DNA of 34,982 nucleotides, from assembly GCF_001194135.2 (NCBI RefSeq), contig NC_068984.1:77804280-77839261 (forward strand), given 5' to 3'. Numbering within the stretch: the stretch's first letter is position 1; every line of letters begins with the position of its first letter. The stretch is from Octopus bimaculoides. Taxonomy: Eukaryota. A model generated the notes under the pieces. The model worked only from the letters and a program-made list of their open reading frames with translations, did not search any database and had not been told where the DNA came from. Below are positions 23,663-34,982 of the stretch, piece after piece. The position numbers and the translations under genes were made by a program.

Positions 23663-24542
23663 CAAGTGTACATACATGCATACATGCATATATACATACA
23701 TATAGATATTACACTGAGTGTAATAAAAATAAATGTTCTATTGATATCCGAGAAGAAGGGTGATTCTATTGACACACCATTTCAAAGTTTGTTGAGCGCT
23801 CCTCACAGACTGTGTATCCATTTTCCTTCCATTATCAGCAACATAGAGTACTCAACTATTAAATAAAACAATCTTGAAGACTATCACCGTAGTGGATAGT
23901 TACATTTACATATTTATCCTTTTTACAGCTCATTCTTAATTAAGCAATATCTGTTTTATATCTTATTATTTTCAATGACCAATTAAGAGGCTGCTCTTTG
24001 TTTGATTGTCGATTTTGCAATTATACTTTGTCTACAACCTTTTATCTATATTTCGCTTTTCATATACAAATTCAGAAATTGTCTTGCTTTCATTTATCAA
24101 TTACGCTACCTTGTCCTATTTTTTTGCTGAATCATATCTTACTAGATTCGTATATTCCTTTATTATTTTCACTAGCTGCTTCGGTAGTTGTCATGTATTT
24201 ATTTTACTGATTAAGCCATATCTTGTTTAGTTTAAATCGTTTATTAGTTTAACGCTTTCTAATGGCCGTTCCAGTGTTTACTTTATTTCAGCTTGTAGAG
24301 TACGTCATAAATTTCAAACGTCATTCCTTTCATTTCAAAAATATTATTTTGTATTTGATATACATAAATTTTAGTTCTTTCCCTTACGTTAATTCCTTTG
24401 TAAATTCATTTTATTACTCCATTTATGTTGACACTGGCGTGATTCCACTGTTTATTTTCATGCCGTTACTACATCGGATTTTAAACTTGTTTACAGCTTT
24501 TAGAGTTTTTAAAACATAAATTCTTTCCTATGTCTAGAAAGT

Positions 24543-24838
24543 GAAGGCGCGTAGCTTAGTAGTTAATGTATTCGGCTCACGGTCATAAGGTCACGAGTTC
24601 GATTCGCGGCAACACGTTGTATCCTTGAGCAAGACATTCTATCTCACGTTGTTCCAGTTAACTCTGCTGCCAAAAGTGAGTAGTACCCGTATTTCAAAAG
24701 GTCAGCCTTGTCACATTTTGTGTCACGCTAAATCTCACTGAGTACTACGTTAAGGGTATGCGTGTCTGTGGAGTGCTCAGCCACATACACAGGCTGTACC
24801 GTTGATCGGTGTATCTTAAACCTTCATCGTCGTAAGCC
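24543..24838 (+). mobile_element. tRNA-derived SINE: head H1 (as at 3984) plus tail T (as at 12542)
   Basis: GAAGGCGCGTAGCTTAGTAGTTAA...GAGTTCGATTC...CCTTGAGCAAGACA, then GTATTTCAAAAGGTCAGCCTTGTCACA...GTGTCTGTGGAGTGCTCAGCCAC. Confidence 0.8.
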
Positions 24839-26064
24839 AGATAATATTTCATTTCTTCCACTTTAATTCGTTGCATTTAAATACGTGGTTTGTAAGTACG
24901 TTATTTGAATGGTGTATTTTAAATTTATTGCTCAACTGTAGCTCACTTTCGGGAAATTCATATTGAATAACTTACAGTGTATATGATCAGTTGAGAAGTG
25001 TCCAGGAATTAGTATTAGTAACAACAGATGAATTGAGATGATGTAAAAATGTAGACAACAGAAAAAAATTGTATATATTTTTATGAGCATGCATGTATAT
25101 GTATCTATATAAATAAGTATGTGTGTGTGTGTGTGCGTGCATATGTGTGTGGATGTTCGGCTGCGTGTGTATTATGCAGGTATACATTCAAATGTCAGTG
25201 TATGTTAATAAAAGGGGGAATATGTATTCGACAAATAGTGTACAGTATATAGCTTATTTATACTGAACACTTTTTCTTATGATTGGAATATCACGCCAGC
25301 GCGCTCTTTAAGCAGTAACTATCTTCTGTCGGTATTTAGACTAATATTATATGATTTAAGTGAGATTCATTCTCCTGTTAACGGCTATCGTTTTCATTCA
25401 CTTGTTTTCAAACATTAAGAGGTTGTCTATTGTTATCGTAGTTTCATTTACTAATTCATTGTTTGTTCGCTGTTGTCTATAAAGCTTGTCAGTTTTTATT
25501 TTCCAGAAGTGGTTTTACTGATTGTTTTATTTTATAACTAGATACTTGCATGTCTGAATGTGTTATCATATGTACACATAGTGGGTGTATGCCAGTGTAT
25601 GTATACATGTGTACGTTTGTGTGAACGTCTTTATATTTTTTTTATCTTATAGTCAGAAAGGAAGGTGTGAACCCCTCAGTTCAAACTGCAAGAACACCAG
25701 CTAGACTTACCGGTAATAGTCCACCATAGCTGAGTTAAAGTACAGTAAAAAAAAAACCCCACCTCAGAAACGACAGTCTTAGCCCTTCTGTACCCAGAGG
25801 CAAGATGCCATTAATAACTGGCGGTGGAGCCAGTTGCAGTGATTGGTGGTAGGTCCACCAGGGACTCCTCCGCCTTTTTGAACGATTCTGCTTTTTTGTT
25901 CTGCTGGGTGTTCACGCATCCGTCTCCTTTTCGAAAAAGATATCCATGTAGAACTGTCGACGTAGTTACCGACACTCCAGTCATGAGGCAGGTAGTACTG
26001 TTTAACATGGTACCAGTAGTAGACATATGCTAGGCCTGACATAACTCACTCGGCATACATACAT

Positions 26065-26095
<31 letters not shown>

Positions 26096-26521
26096 TGCAT
26101 ACATACATACATGCATACATACATACATACATACATACAAGAGATTTATAAATATCTTGCAATGCTCAGTTGAAGTAGCAACATAAAATGTGAGCAAACA
26201 AGATAAAGAGAGAATACCAGTGTTGAACAGTAAGCAGAGCAATAATATTAACGCGCAATTATAGCCATAATAACATGAATGAAAGAAGCAATAATAGGTA
26301 GAGTCACATCAAATGCTGAAGCCGATTAACATTCAGCATCAGTTTGATGTCAGATGGTCAGTCGCTCAATAAATGGCTCTATACATTAGGCTCTGGCTTT
26401 ACTTACAAATCATTAAACAACAGCAGATCGCATATCAACACTTTAACTCTGATATCTCCCTAAGATTAAGTAAAATGTAAAATATTCTAATACATACATA
26501 CATACATACATAGATGTACAT

Positions 26522-26574
<53 letters not shown>

Positions 26575-26598
26575 TCTTTTTATGAGAATATATATATA

Positions 26599-26786
26599 TT
26601 CTTTTATTCTTTTACGTATTTCTGTCATTTGACTACGGCCATGCTGGGGCACCACACTAAAGGGTTTCAATGGAAGAATGACCCCATGACTTATTCTCTG
26701 TAAACCTAGTACTTGTTCTATTGGTCTCTTTTGCCGAAACGGTAGGTTACGGGAACGTAAACACACCAGCATCGGGGGTCAAGCGA
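26599..26786 (-). mobile_element. SINE family A tail, abutted by an H2/T SINE
   Basis: TTCTTTTATTCTTTTACG...GACTACGGCCATGCTGGGGCACC...GCCGAAAC...GGGTCAAGCGATG. Confidence 0.8.
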
Positions 26787-27166
26787 TGTTGGCACTCCGT
26801 CGCTTACGACGTCGAAGGTTCCGATTGATCCGATCAACGGAACAGCCTGCTCGTGAAATTAACGTGCAAGTGGCTGAGCACTCCACAGACACGTGTACCC
26901 TTAACGTAGTTCTCGGGGATATTCAGCGTGACACAGTGTGACAAGGCTGACCCTTTGAATTTCAGGCACAACAGAAACAGGAAGTAAGAGTGAGAGAAAG
27001 TTGTGGTGAAAGAGTACAGCAGGGTTCGCCACTGTCCCCTGCCGGAGCCTCGTGGAGCTTTAGGTGTTTTCGCTCAATAAATACTCACAACACCCGGTCT
27101 GGGAATCGAAACCGCGATCCTATGACCGCGAGTCTGCTCCCCTAACTACTGGGCCATTGCGCCTCC
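26787..27166 (-). mobile_element. Full-length tRNA-derived SINE (H2 plus T), inverted relative to 12542-12916
   Basis: The reverse complement aligns end to end with 12542-12916 with scattered substitutions. No TSD was found. Confidence 0.9.
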
Positions 27167-27439
27167 ATCATAGAGATACAGATATTAGATAATGAATTCA
27201 CTATAATGAGATATTTAAGTGGTATGATATTTTGTGTCAGATGTCTTTGTTCAGAGAAAGATTCTTCAAACTATATCTGATGTAGATAACAAAGTCAAAT
27301 TATTTAACAACATATAACACAAATCCCCAAGTACATGTGCGTATGTGTTATAGGCTGTTTTGATTTAATTCTTTACACAGCTGAAGAACGATCGAGTATG
27401 CTGAAAGTTTTATTTTCAAAGTAACTTGATTTTACCCAT

Positions 27440-27517
27440 TCACTCACTCATTCACTCACTCACTCACACACACAAGCCCACCCACCCAGACACACGATCA
27501 CACACACACACATATAA

Positions 27518-27607
<90 letters not shown>

Positions 27608-27645
27608 TGATTCATTGATTCATTGATACATAGATACATAGATAT
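27440..27645. repeat. Compound tetranucleotide array (CACT)/(CA)/(CAGA)/(TAGA)/(GATT)
   Basis: Read directly from the sequence. Confidence 0.95.
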
Positions 27646-27839
27646 TAGTCAGGAATGTCCGCTGTGCCCATGACCATTTACAAGTCTTCCGAGATTGGTG
27701 GGGAAAGAGATGTGAGAAGGTATCTTCAAACCGGAGACCTGGTCCGAATGCTTACAACAGAATAGACACCACTAAAGGTACCCAGGCATGTTGTTAAACC
27801 GAGTGACATTATGTATATCACCCAAGCAGGCCATGGCAG

Positions 27840-28050
27840 AATTTCAACTCAGAAAGAACCGGAATGAATTTTGCAAAGTACCAGCCCCGCCTTCTAACAG
27901 TTCCACCAATTCACCGCTTTGGATTGGTACTTTTTTATCAACTGCAAAATGTCGAAAGTCAAAATTGGCCTTGGCGGGGTTTCAACTTAAACAGTCGAAG
28001 CAAATACCGCGAAGCATTCTCTGCGACGCCCTAACAACTCAGACTCGCTA
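27840..28050 (-). mobile_element. Two degenerate family C SINE fragments
   Basis: GAATTTCAACTCAGAA... and TTGGTACTTTTTTATCAACTGC...GGCCTTGGCGGGGTTTCAACTT...GCGAAGCATT. Confidence 0.55.
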
Positions 28051-29499
28051 ACCACCCAATATTTTTTCTTCTTTATCAAATTTTCTTACATGTCACGAAG
28101 TTTGAAGCAAGCTGATACATATTTCTACGATTAGAATTCATTTTTAGCATAACTTGTATATATTCAACTGTTCTTATTTGTTTGTAATAGTACGTCTGTT
28201 AAGAATTTCTCCGTCACTGTGAAACACAATTTATCCGATTAGATTTGGTTTTATGAAGCCTTTTGAAGCTCAATATTTCATAAATAAAAATATCCCCATT
28301 TCAAGGCGATCATCAATAAATATAAAAAAAAGCCAATTGCAGAAACCTCAACAGATTGCTGAAACTCGTTAATCTCCAGCATTTATTTGCATTCTTAACG
28401 GTTCCTTGGCGTCATACGATGCGTCATCTTGTGCAAGTACACAAATTATCGTTCAGAAAGAGGCGGTAATTCAGCTTATGATTGTATCAGTGATGACAGC
28501 AATGGCAGAAAGGTTGCTAGCAATTCTAACATTGTTGACAGTATTAACAGTAATGGCAACGATTCGTATCAGCAATGACAGCCGGCGCCTGCTATTCTCT
28601 AGGTTTGATGACGAATGTCAAATATCATTTTGCTACTCAGGATTTATATGTAAGTTTTGTGTTAATGCTATTTTTAGTATTTAAATTTTTGTGGGGATAG
28701 TTTGTTTAACGTTTTAAACATAATGTGACATGGTTTTCTCAGATTTTTCTGTAATTATATTGCGGTCAGTTCTGCCAACCACAAAATTGCAAAAATAAAG
28801 AACATGGAGTTACTTATCGTTAAGCAGAAAAGAAAAAAAGTAAAAAGTAAAATACCCACCAAATTAGCGAGAAATTTGACAAAGCTTTGTAATATGTTTT
28901 TTTATAAACATTTTTCCCCTCTAATGTAGTTTTGTCAGACATATGTGTAATCTAACCTATAGATATAACTACATACTAAAGTAGCACTCCAGTTAATATG
29001 GTTGCAAAATGGAGGGAAAAAATGAAAACAATAATGTACGTATGAAGTGGAAAGGATAATAAACACTGTCATGCTTTGGAAGGAATTCACGCGGCAGATA
29101 TATACAAAAATATTGCTAACTTACTATGTATCAACTCATCTAATGGCAAATAATATTATCAGAACATTTCTATTAAAACTTCCATCAAATGCCGGCATTC
29201 AGATAACTACTATAAACAAAAAATTGAAGGCAAATAATATCAGAAGTTTCCTATTACAAATTCCATCAAATGCCAGCAAAGCAAACGAGATATTGTCTTG
29301 GGAGAGGAAATTATGAATAGAAATAATATACAACGATGTCAACGACATCGACGACTACAACAATAACAACAACAGCACTGTCACAAAATGATTGTATTAG
29401 ACAGCAAGTAAAAATATAGTCCTAACATTTAGAGCAGAATACTGAGCACTTATGATATGGCTTCGCCTCTTAAGATTACTAGTGCTGCAGACCATCGGC

Positions 29500-29665
29500 T
29501 ATATCATTCGGTTTGAGGATTCTGTAAGTCTCCCTCAAGTCATGTCCTACATTGATAGGGTAGGCCTAGATCCGTTATATCTGTAAAGCAAACTATGGCG
29601 TTCTAACGGCTGCAAGGTCTTTGATCATGGATCTACTCGACCACGGAGTCTAATCAAGATCTTAC
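29500..29665. repeat. Family D copy, inverted relative to the others
   Basis: Reverse complement reads GTCGAGTAGATCCATGATCAAAGACCTTGCAGCCG...TCTAGGCCTAC...ACTTGAGGGAGAC. Confidence 0.5.
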
Positions 29666-29684
29666 AGCAGCAATAACAACGGAA

Positions 29685-29700
29685 GTAGCAGCAGCAGCAA

Positions 29701-29790
<90 letters not shown>
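29685..29790. repeat. (CAG)n switching to (TAG)n
   Basis: Read directly from the sequence. Confidence 0.97.
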
Positions 29791-29791
<1 letters not shown>

Positions 29792-29920
29792 TAGAAATAA
29801 GTATTGTATTATTTACAACAGAGAATTCCACCTGTGGTTGAGGTGGAGACTTGTTATCCTGCAGATTTCAATGTCACAGCAAAATCAATGAAAATTCCAC
29901 TGGTCTAGTTAACCTTTCAT

Positions 29921-30108
29921 TTCTTTTACGTGTTTCACTCAGTGGATTACAGCCATGTTGGGGTACCGCCTTGGCGGGTTTAGTCGAACAAATCGACTCC
30001 AGTATCTATTCGATAAATCTAGTACTTATTATATAAGGATCTCTTTGCCGAACCGGTAAATACGAGGCGCAAGTAAACTAACACAAGTTGTCAAGTAATA
30101 TGAAGACA

Positions 30109-30157
<49 letters not shown>
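29921..30157 (-). mobile_element. SINE family A tail followed by (CA)n into a gap
   Basis: TTCTTTTACGTGTTTC...CAGCCATGTTGGGGTACCGCC...TTAGTCGAACAAATCGAC...GTTGTCAAG. Confidence 0.7.
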
Positions 30158-30875
30158 NNNNNNNNNNNNNNNNNNNNNNNNNNNNNNNNNNNNNNNNNNN
30201 NNNNNNNNNNNNNNNNNNNNNNNNNNNNNNNNNNNNNNNNNNNNNNNNNNNNNNNNNNNNNNNNNNNNNNNNNNNNNNNNNNNNNNNNNNNNNNNNNNNN
30301 NNNNNNNNNNNNNNNNNNNNNNNNNNNNNNNNNNNNNNNNNNNNNNNNNNNNNNNNNNNNNNNNNNNNNNNNNNNNNNNNNNNNNNNNNNNNNNNNNNNN
30401 NNNNNNNNNNNNNNNNNNNNNNNNNNNNNNNNNNNNNNNNNNNNNNNNNNNNNNNNNNNNNNNNNNNNNNNNNNNNNNNNNNNNNNNNNNNNNNNNNNNN
30501 NNNNNNNNNNNNNNNNNNNNNNNNNNNNNNNNNNNNNNNNNNNNNNNNNNNNNNNNNNNNNNNNNNNNNNNNNNNNNNNNNNNNNNNNNNNNNNNNNNNN
30601 NNNNNNNNNNNNNNNNNNNNNNNNNNNNNNNNNNNNNNNNNNNNNNNNNNNNNNNNNNNNNNNNNNNNNNNNNNNNNNNNNNNNNNNNNNNNNNNNNNNN
30701 NNNNNNNNNNNNNNNNNNNNNNNNNNNNNNNNNNNNNNNNNNNNNNNNNNNNNNNNNNNNNNNNNNNNNNNNNNNNNNNNNNNNNNNNNNNNNNNNNNNN
30801 NNNNNNNNNNNNNNNNNNNNNNNNNNNNNNNNNNNNNNNNNNNNNNNNNNNNNNNNNNNNNNNNNNNNNNNNNNN

Positions 30876-32023
30876 ATATCATTTTAAAGCCCGTTTTTCG
30901 CTCTATCTAATCATGTTACTCTTTTTTTTTATATAATTAGGCCATTTTTTCCGAAACGTTAAATACGACATGGACAAAAATCAAATTCGCACAATTTTCT
31001 TATTCCAGTTCAAGCTAGGCCGAAAAGCTGCTGAAACAGCCCGCGATGTCAACGATGCGTTTGGCCCAGGAACCACTAATGAACGTAAAGTATAATGGTG
31101 GTTCAAGAAATTTCGTAGCGGTGACGAGAGTCTTGAAAATGATAAGCTTAGTGGTCGGTCATCGGATGTTGACAATGATCAATTAAGAGCTTTAGTGGAA
31201 GCCAATCCACGCACGACTGTTCGAGAGCTGGATTCTGAATTAGATGTAACGTATATGACAATTTCCAACCACTTGAAAGAGATTGGAAAAATAAAAATAC
31301 TTGAGAAATGAGTGCCGCACGAATTGAACGACAACCCAAAAAAAAACGCCGTTTTGAAGTGTCGTCTTCCCTTCTTTTACGCAACAAAAATGACCCGTTT
31401 CTCGACCGGCGATGAAAAGTGGATTCTTTATGACAACCTGTGACGCTCAGCTCAGTGGTTGGATGCCGACGAAGCTCCACAGCACTTCCCAAAGCCAAAG
31501 TTGACTGTTTGGTGATCTGCAGCCGGCCTCATCCATCATAACCTTTTGGATCCAGGCGAATCTATTACGGCGGAGAAGTACTGTCAGCAAATGGATGAAA
31601 TGCATAAGAAACTCCGACAACAATAGCCAGCATTGGTCAATAGAAAAGAACCAATTCTTTTCCATGACAACGCTCGGTCGCACGTCGCACATCTGACCCT
31701 GCAGAAGTTGAACTAATTGGGTTACGAAACTTTGCCTCATCCGCTATACTCACCACACTTCTCGCGTGCCGACTACCACTTTTTCAAGCATCTCGAAAAC
31801 TTCTTGCGTGAGAAATGCTTCAAACACCAAGACGATGCCAAACACTTCATCGCCACCAGAACGCAGGATTTTTACGCTACTGGCATAAATAAACTTGTTT
31901 CGCGTTGGCAAAAGCGTGTTGATTCTGTTGGTGCTTATTTCGATTAATAAAGTTTTGTTTGAGTCGAGATATGTGCTTCGAAATTAAAGGTTAAAAACCG
32001 CAAGAACTTTCTTGACAACCTAA
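30876..32023 (+). mobile_element. Decayed Hsmar1-like mariner transposon; right TIR present, left end not seen (gap)
   Basis: Right end AAAAACCGCAAGAACTTTCTTGACAACCTAA|TA (32023). A transposase relic lies inside. Confidence 0.92.
30970..31947 (+). pseudogene. Mariner transposase pseudogene
   Basis: MDKNQIRTIFLFQFKLGRKAAETARDVNDAFGPGT...*VPHEL...GDEKWILYDN...HDNARSH...LPHPLYSPHFSRADYHFFKHL...GINKLVSRWQKRVDSVGAYFD*. Contains multiple stops, small deletions and a frameshift near 31345. Confidence 0.92.
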
Positions 32024-33070
32024 TAGATGCGAAGTGAACTTCCTAACCAGCCAGCCATGCCGGCAGGCATTTATTTAAAATGTGCCAACATATTTTTATT
32101 AAAAATGTCTCAATAAATATTTATATTCTGTCAACACTTGAGAATTGTAGATCAATTTATAAAGTTCAGTTCACTAATATATTAACAGATAAAAGTAATA
32201 CAACATATTTTTAATTAATAGTTCGTGTTGATCTTTCCGTACCCACATAATACAACACAACAAACGACTAACCAATAGCTCTTGCGGGTTTCTCTCACCC
32301 TGCCTCTCTCTTTCTCTCACTCTAACTCTTACACATTCTTCCTCAGCAAATAAAACGATCTTCTTATTAGAATTAGTCTTCAAATTCCCTTGGTCTTTCT
32401 CTCGATATGCGCCAGACACACACATTTATAGTTTCGGGTATATATGCCCATGTACATTCGGATACACGTGCACATACACATGTATATATATATGCAATTA
32501 TGCGGATACACAAATTAAATGTAACAGCTTGATGTGCAAAATATATAATAATCTGCTTGCTCGTTCGGCCGCTATACACTGGTTAGTTAGTTAGTTAGTG
32601 AGGTGGAGGTGGAGTGATTGAAAGGTGGAGTAAAAGTGAGAGGGAGGGAGGATTGAAGAAAGGAGAGAGGAAGAAGTAGAGAAAGGTAATTAATATTAAC
32701 ACATTTAGGCTAAATGGTCAGCTGAAGGTAGAGGTGAAGAAGGAGAGAAAAAGAGGAAGAGAGAAGTGTTGGGGACGTGCGGTGGGGTGGACGAAGGAAT
32801 ACTTATTACGCGATTATAAAGTTAGCTGAAAGGAACGGTAGATAGAGGTGGACAGGGGGAGCAGTTACATTGCGAAAGAAAGAAAGAAAGAAAGAAAGAA
32901 AGAAATAAAGAAAGTAAGAAAGAGAGAGAGAGGGCCGGGTAGCGGCTGTGGGGGTGTTCATACCGAAAAGTATTTTTTTTACTGAACTGATTTTTTTTAT
33001 AGCGACCATTACATACTCATAAGTGCAATTATTTATCGTCTACTGGTTTTAAAAATTGATATTTATTTAG

Positions 33071-33258
33071 CCTACTCTCTGGATTCGCAAGAAACACAGT
33101 TGCAAGCCGCCCGAGAAAGAATGCGCAGATATAAAGCAGGGATCAGAGAGGAACAGCGAGAAGATATAATAAAAAGAGGAAAACGACAACACCGACGGAG
33201 ACGTGAGGAAATGAATGTAGACGAGGGTCAAGAATATCTGAAGAAAGCTAAACTATGA
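33071..33258 (+). other. Short charged reading frame with 23-residue periodicity (STPR-like), possibly an exon or a Helitron-derived relic
   Basis: YSLDSQETQLQAARERMRRYKAGIREEQREDIIKRGKRQHRRRREEMNVDEGQEYLKKAKL*. It is preceded by TATTTATTTAG (possible acceptor), and the frame is open back to 32986 without an ATG. Confidence 0.35.
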
Positions 33259-33867
33259 ATGCTATAAAAATGCAAGTCATCCTTTCTTTCTTAAATAGAT
33301 CCTCTTAGTTTTTTCCATTCCGAAGAATTTACACGAAGAATTTTCCATTCCGAAGAATTTTATATATATATATATATAAGCAATGTTAAATCTCTGAATG
33401 AGGTATTAACAGTAACTGCACGACAAAGTGAAGTATACTTCAAATATACTTCACCTTATATANNNNNNNNNNNNNNNNNNNNNNNNNNNNNNNNNNNNNN
33501 NNNNNNNNNNNNNNNNNNNNNNNNNNNNNNNNNNNNNNNNNNNNNNNNNNNNNNNNNNNNNNNNNNNNNNNNNNNNNNNNNNNNNNNNNNNNNNNNNNNN
33601 NNNNNNNNNNNNNNNNNNNNNNNNNNNNNNNNNNNNNNNNNNNNNNNNNNNNNNNNNNNNNNNNNNNNNNNNNNNNNNNNNNNNNNNNNNNNNNNNNNNN
33701 NNNNNNNNNNNNNNNNNNNNNNNNNNNNNNNNNNNNNNNNNNNNNNNNNNNNNNNNNNNNNNNNNNNNNNNNNNNNNNNNNNNNNNNNNNNNNNNNNNNN
33801 NNNNNNNNNNNNNNNNNNNNNNNNNNNNNNNNNNNNNNNNNNNNNNNNNNNNNNNNNNNNNNNTATA

Positions 33868-34270
33868 TTTGCATAGCTTTGCAATTGCTACAGATCTAAA
33901 ATCTTGCATCATTACTCCAGAGGACTTTCTGAAACTTGTCTGAATTGCATTCACCATACTTAGCCAAATAGTCTAATCTACCCTTAAAGATTTTTTTTTA
34001 TCATCAACAGCTTCCTATCACATCCTTTAGAGGCAAAAACCAACCTTCTTCTGCCTCCATGGAAATAATCTTGTTTTTGACAGTCTTAAACTCTCTTAAG
34101 AGCTGGTAAATGATTTTATATTTTTCTTGTTAGAGATTTCGGTCTTGTCATATGTAATTGTGGTAGTCCTAAATCTATTGCTTCTTTTCTTCCTTATAGT
34201 AAAACCAGTGTAGATTTATTCTCGTTATAGTAAATAGACAAAGAAATGGACATTTTTTCTTCAGTAGCTT
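33868..34270 (-). pseudogene. Probable Tc1-like transposase relic (DNA-binding region to first catalytic D)
   Basis: The minus strand, with one frameshift in the A9 run, reads TRPKSLTRK...RRRLVFASKGCDRKLL / KGRLDYLAKYGECNSDKFQKVLWSNDARF. This matches the Tc1 pattern RRRL...RKPLL...RL...KVLWSDESRF. It runs into the gap. Confidence 0.5.
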
Positions 34271-34946
34271 GTGGAATTCAGAATGTGGAGACTGCTTGTT
34301 TCACGAAGAAAAATAATAATTTTATTTTTAAAATCAACATCAGCATGAAATTCATTTTCTTTGAAGATAAATATAACACAAAAGAAAGAGGAAAAACATG
34401 ACTTAATTTCTCTATTGAAGTTGTTTATTAGAGCTGTTCACCAGTTTCTGATTTAAACATTAAAAGAAATTTCTTGTATATTTCTATTTAAGAAAAGCCT
34501 AAACATACACTTCTTGACATTCTGAATACATCTTTTTCAAACTGTTTATTGTACGGAACAATTCAAAACAATTTTGTCATCCATTTTCTGTATGTACAAC
34601 TTTAATCTCTTCTAATAAAAGAGGAAAATTCTGAAATTTTTTTTCAGAGTTCCGTTTTTCTTGATAAAACTCAATATACAACTTTGTAAAACATGCTTTC
34701 CTCCTAAAAAAAAAAATAGAGAAAGGTCATTAAATTGAAGTACATGCTATTGAAGTACATGCCATATTTACAAAACATATATAGCTGATTTCGCTTTGTT
34801 TGTTTCTCTTTGTTTCCTATTTTTTTCTTTGCTTTGGCGTGTATATGCCTGCATAAGTGTTTGTATGCTTAGCATGTACGTATATTTATATACAATCCCA
34901 CAGAAAAGAGCAGCAAAAGGGAGTACAATAAGTAAAACTATGGTGC

Positions 34947-34982
<36 letters not shown>

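Noticed and set aside
25779-26042. GC-richer patch with three overlapping 69-87 aa ORFs
   Set aside because: No recognisable motif in any frame and no consistent splice boundaries. It could be an unidentified TE relic.
8395-27716. Exact 20-mer GGTGGGGAAAGAGATGTGAG at 8395-8414 and 27697-27716
   Set aside because: It is purine-rich, low complexity, and similarity does not extend into the flanks, so it is most likely coincidence.
28406-28684. 92-aa ORF with a hydrophobic stretch
   Set aside because: It derives from a decayed triplet repeat (GAT/GAC/AAT/AGT) and has a non-ATG start.
34270-34700. Minus-strand words faintly like a hAT dimerisation domain (SIEKLSH, ENEFHADVDF)
   Set aside because: Too fragmentary and spread over different frames to support a call without an HMM search.

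Overview
AT-rich, repeat-saturated eukaryotic intronic/intergenic DNA from a gapped draft assembly: 10 N-gaps totalling about 5.8 kb, most abutting simple repeats. The SINE families and dense (TA)n/(CA)n/(TACA)n/(AAT)n microsatellites look like an Octopus genome (inferred from recalled repeat families). There is no intact, recognisable protein-coding gene, and nearly all ORF-track entries are gap or microsatellite artefacts. Supported content: two decayed mariner transposons (228-1397, and about 30876-32023, the latter strikingly Hsmar1-like), two C-terminal fragments of a third mariner family in opposite orientations, a probable Tc1-like relic, two tandem R4/Dong-type non-LTR retrotransposon fragments bounded by (AAT)n, and about 30 copies of about five short interspersed families. 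The most interesting observations are a SINE with a built-in microsatellite core, a same-orientation stack of about 10 SINEs tied to (AAT)n tracts, head/tail module swapping between SINEs, a degenerate hammerhead-like core at a LINE junction, a 23-residue-period (STPR-like) reading frame, and a candidate signal-peptide exon. I found no convincing novel multi-gene system. All alignments were done by eye, and repeat boundaries are approximate unless TSDs or TIRs are cited.
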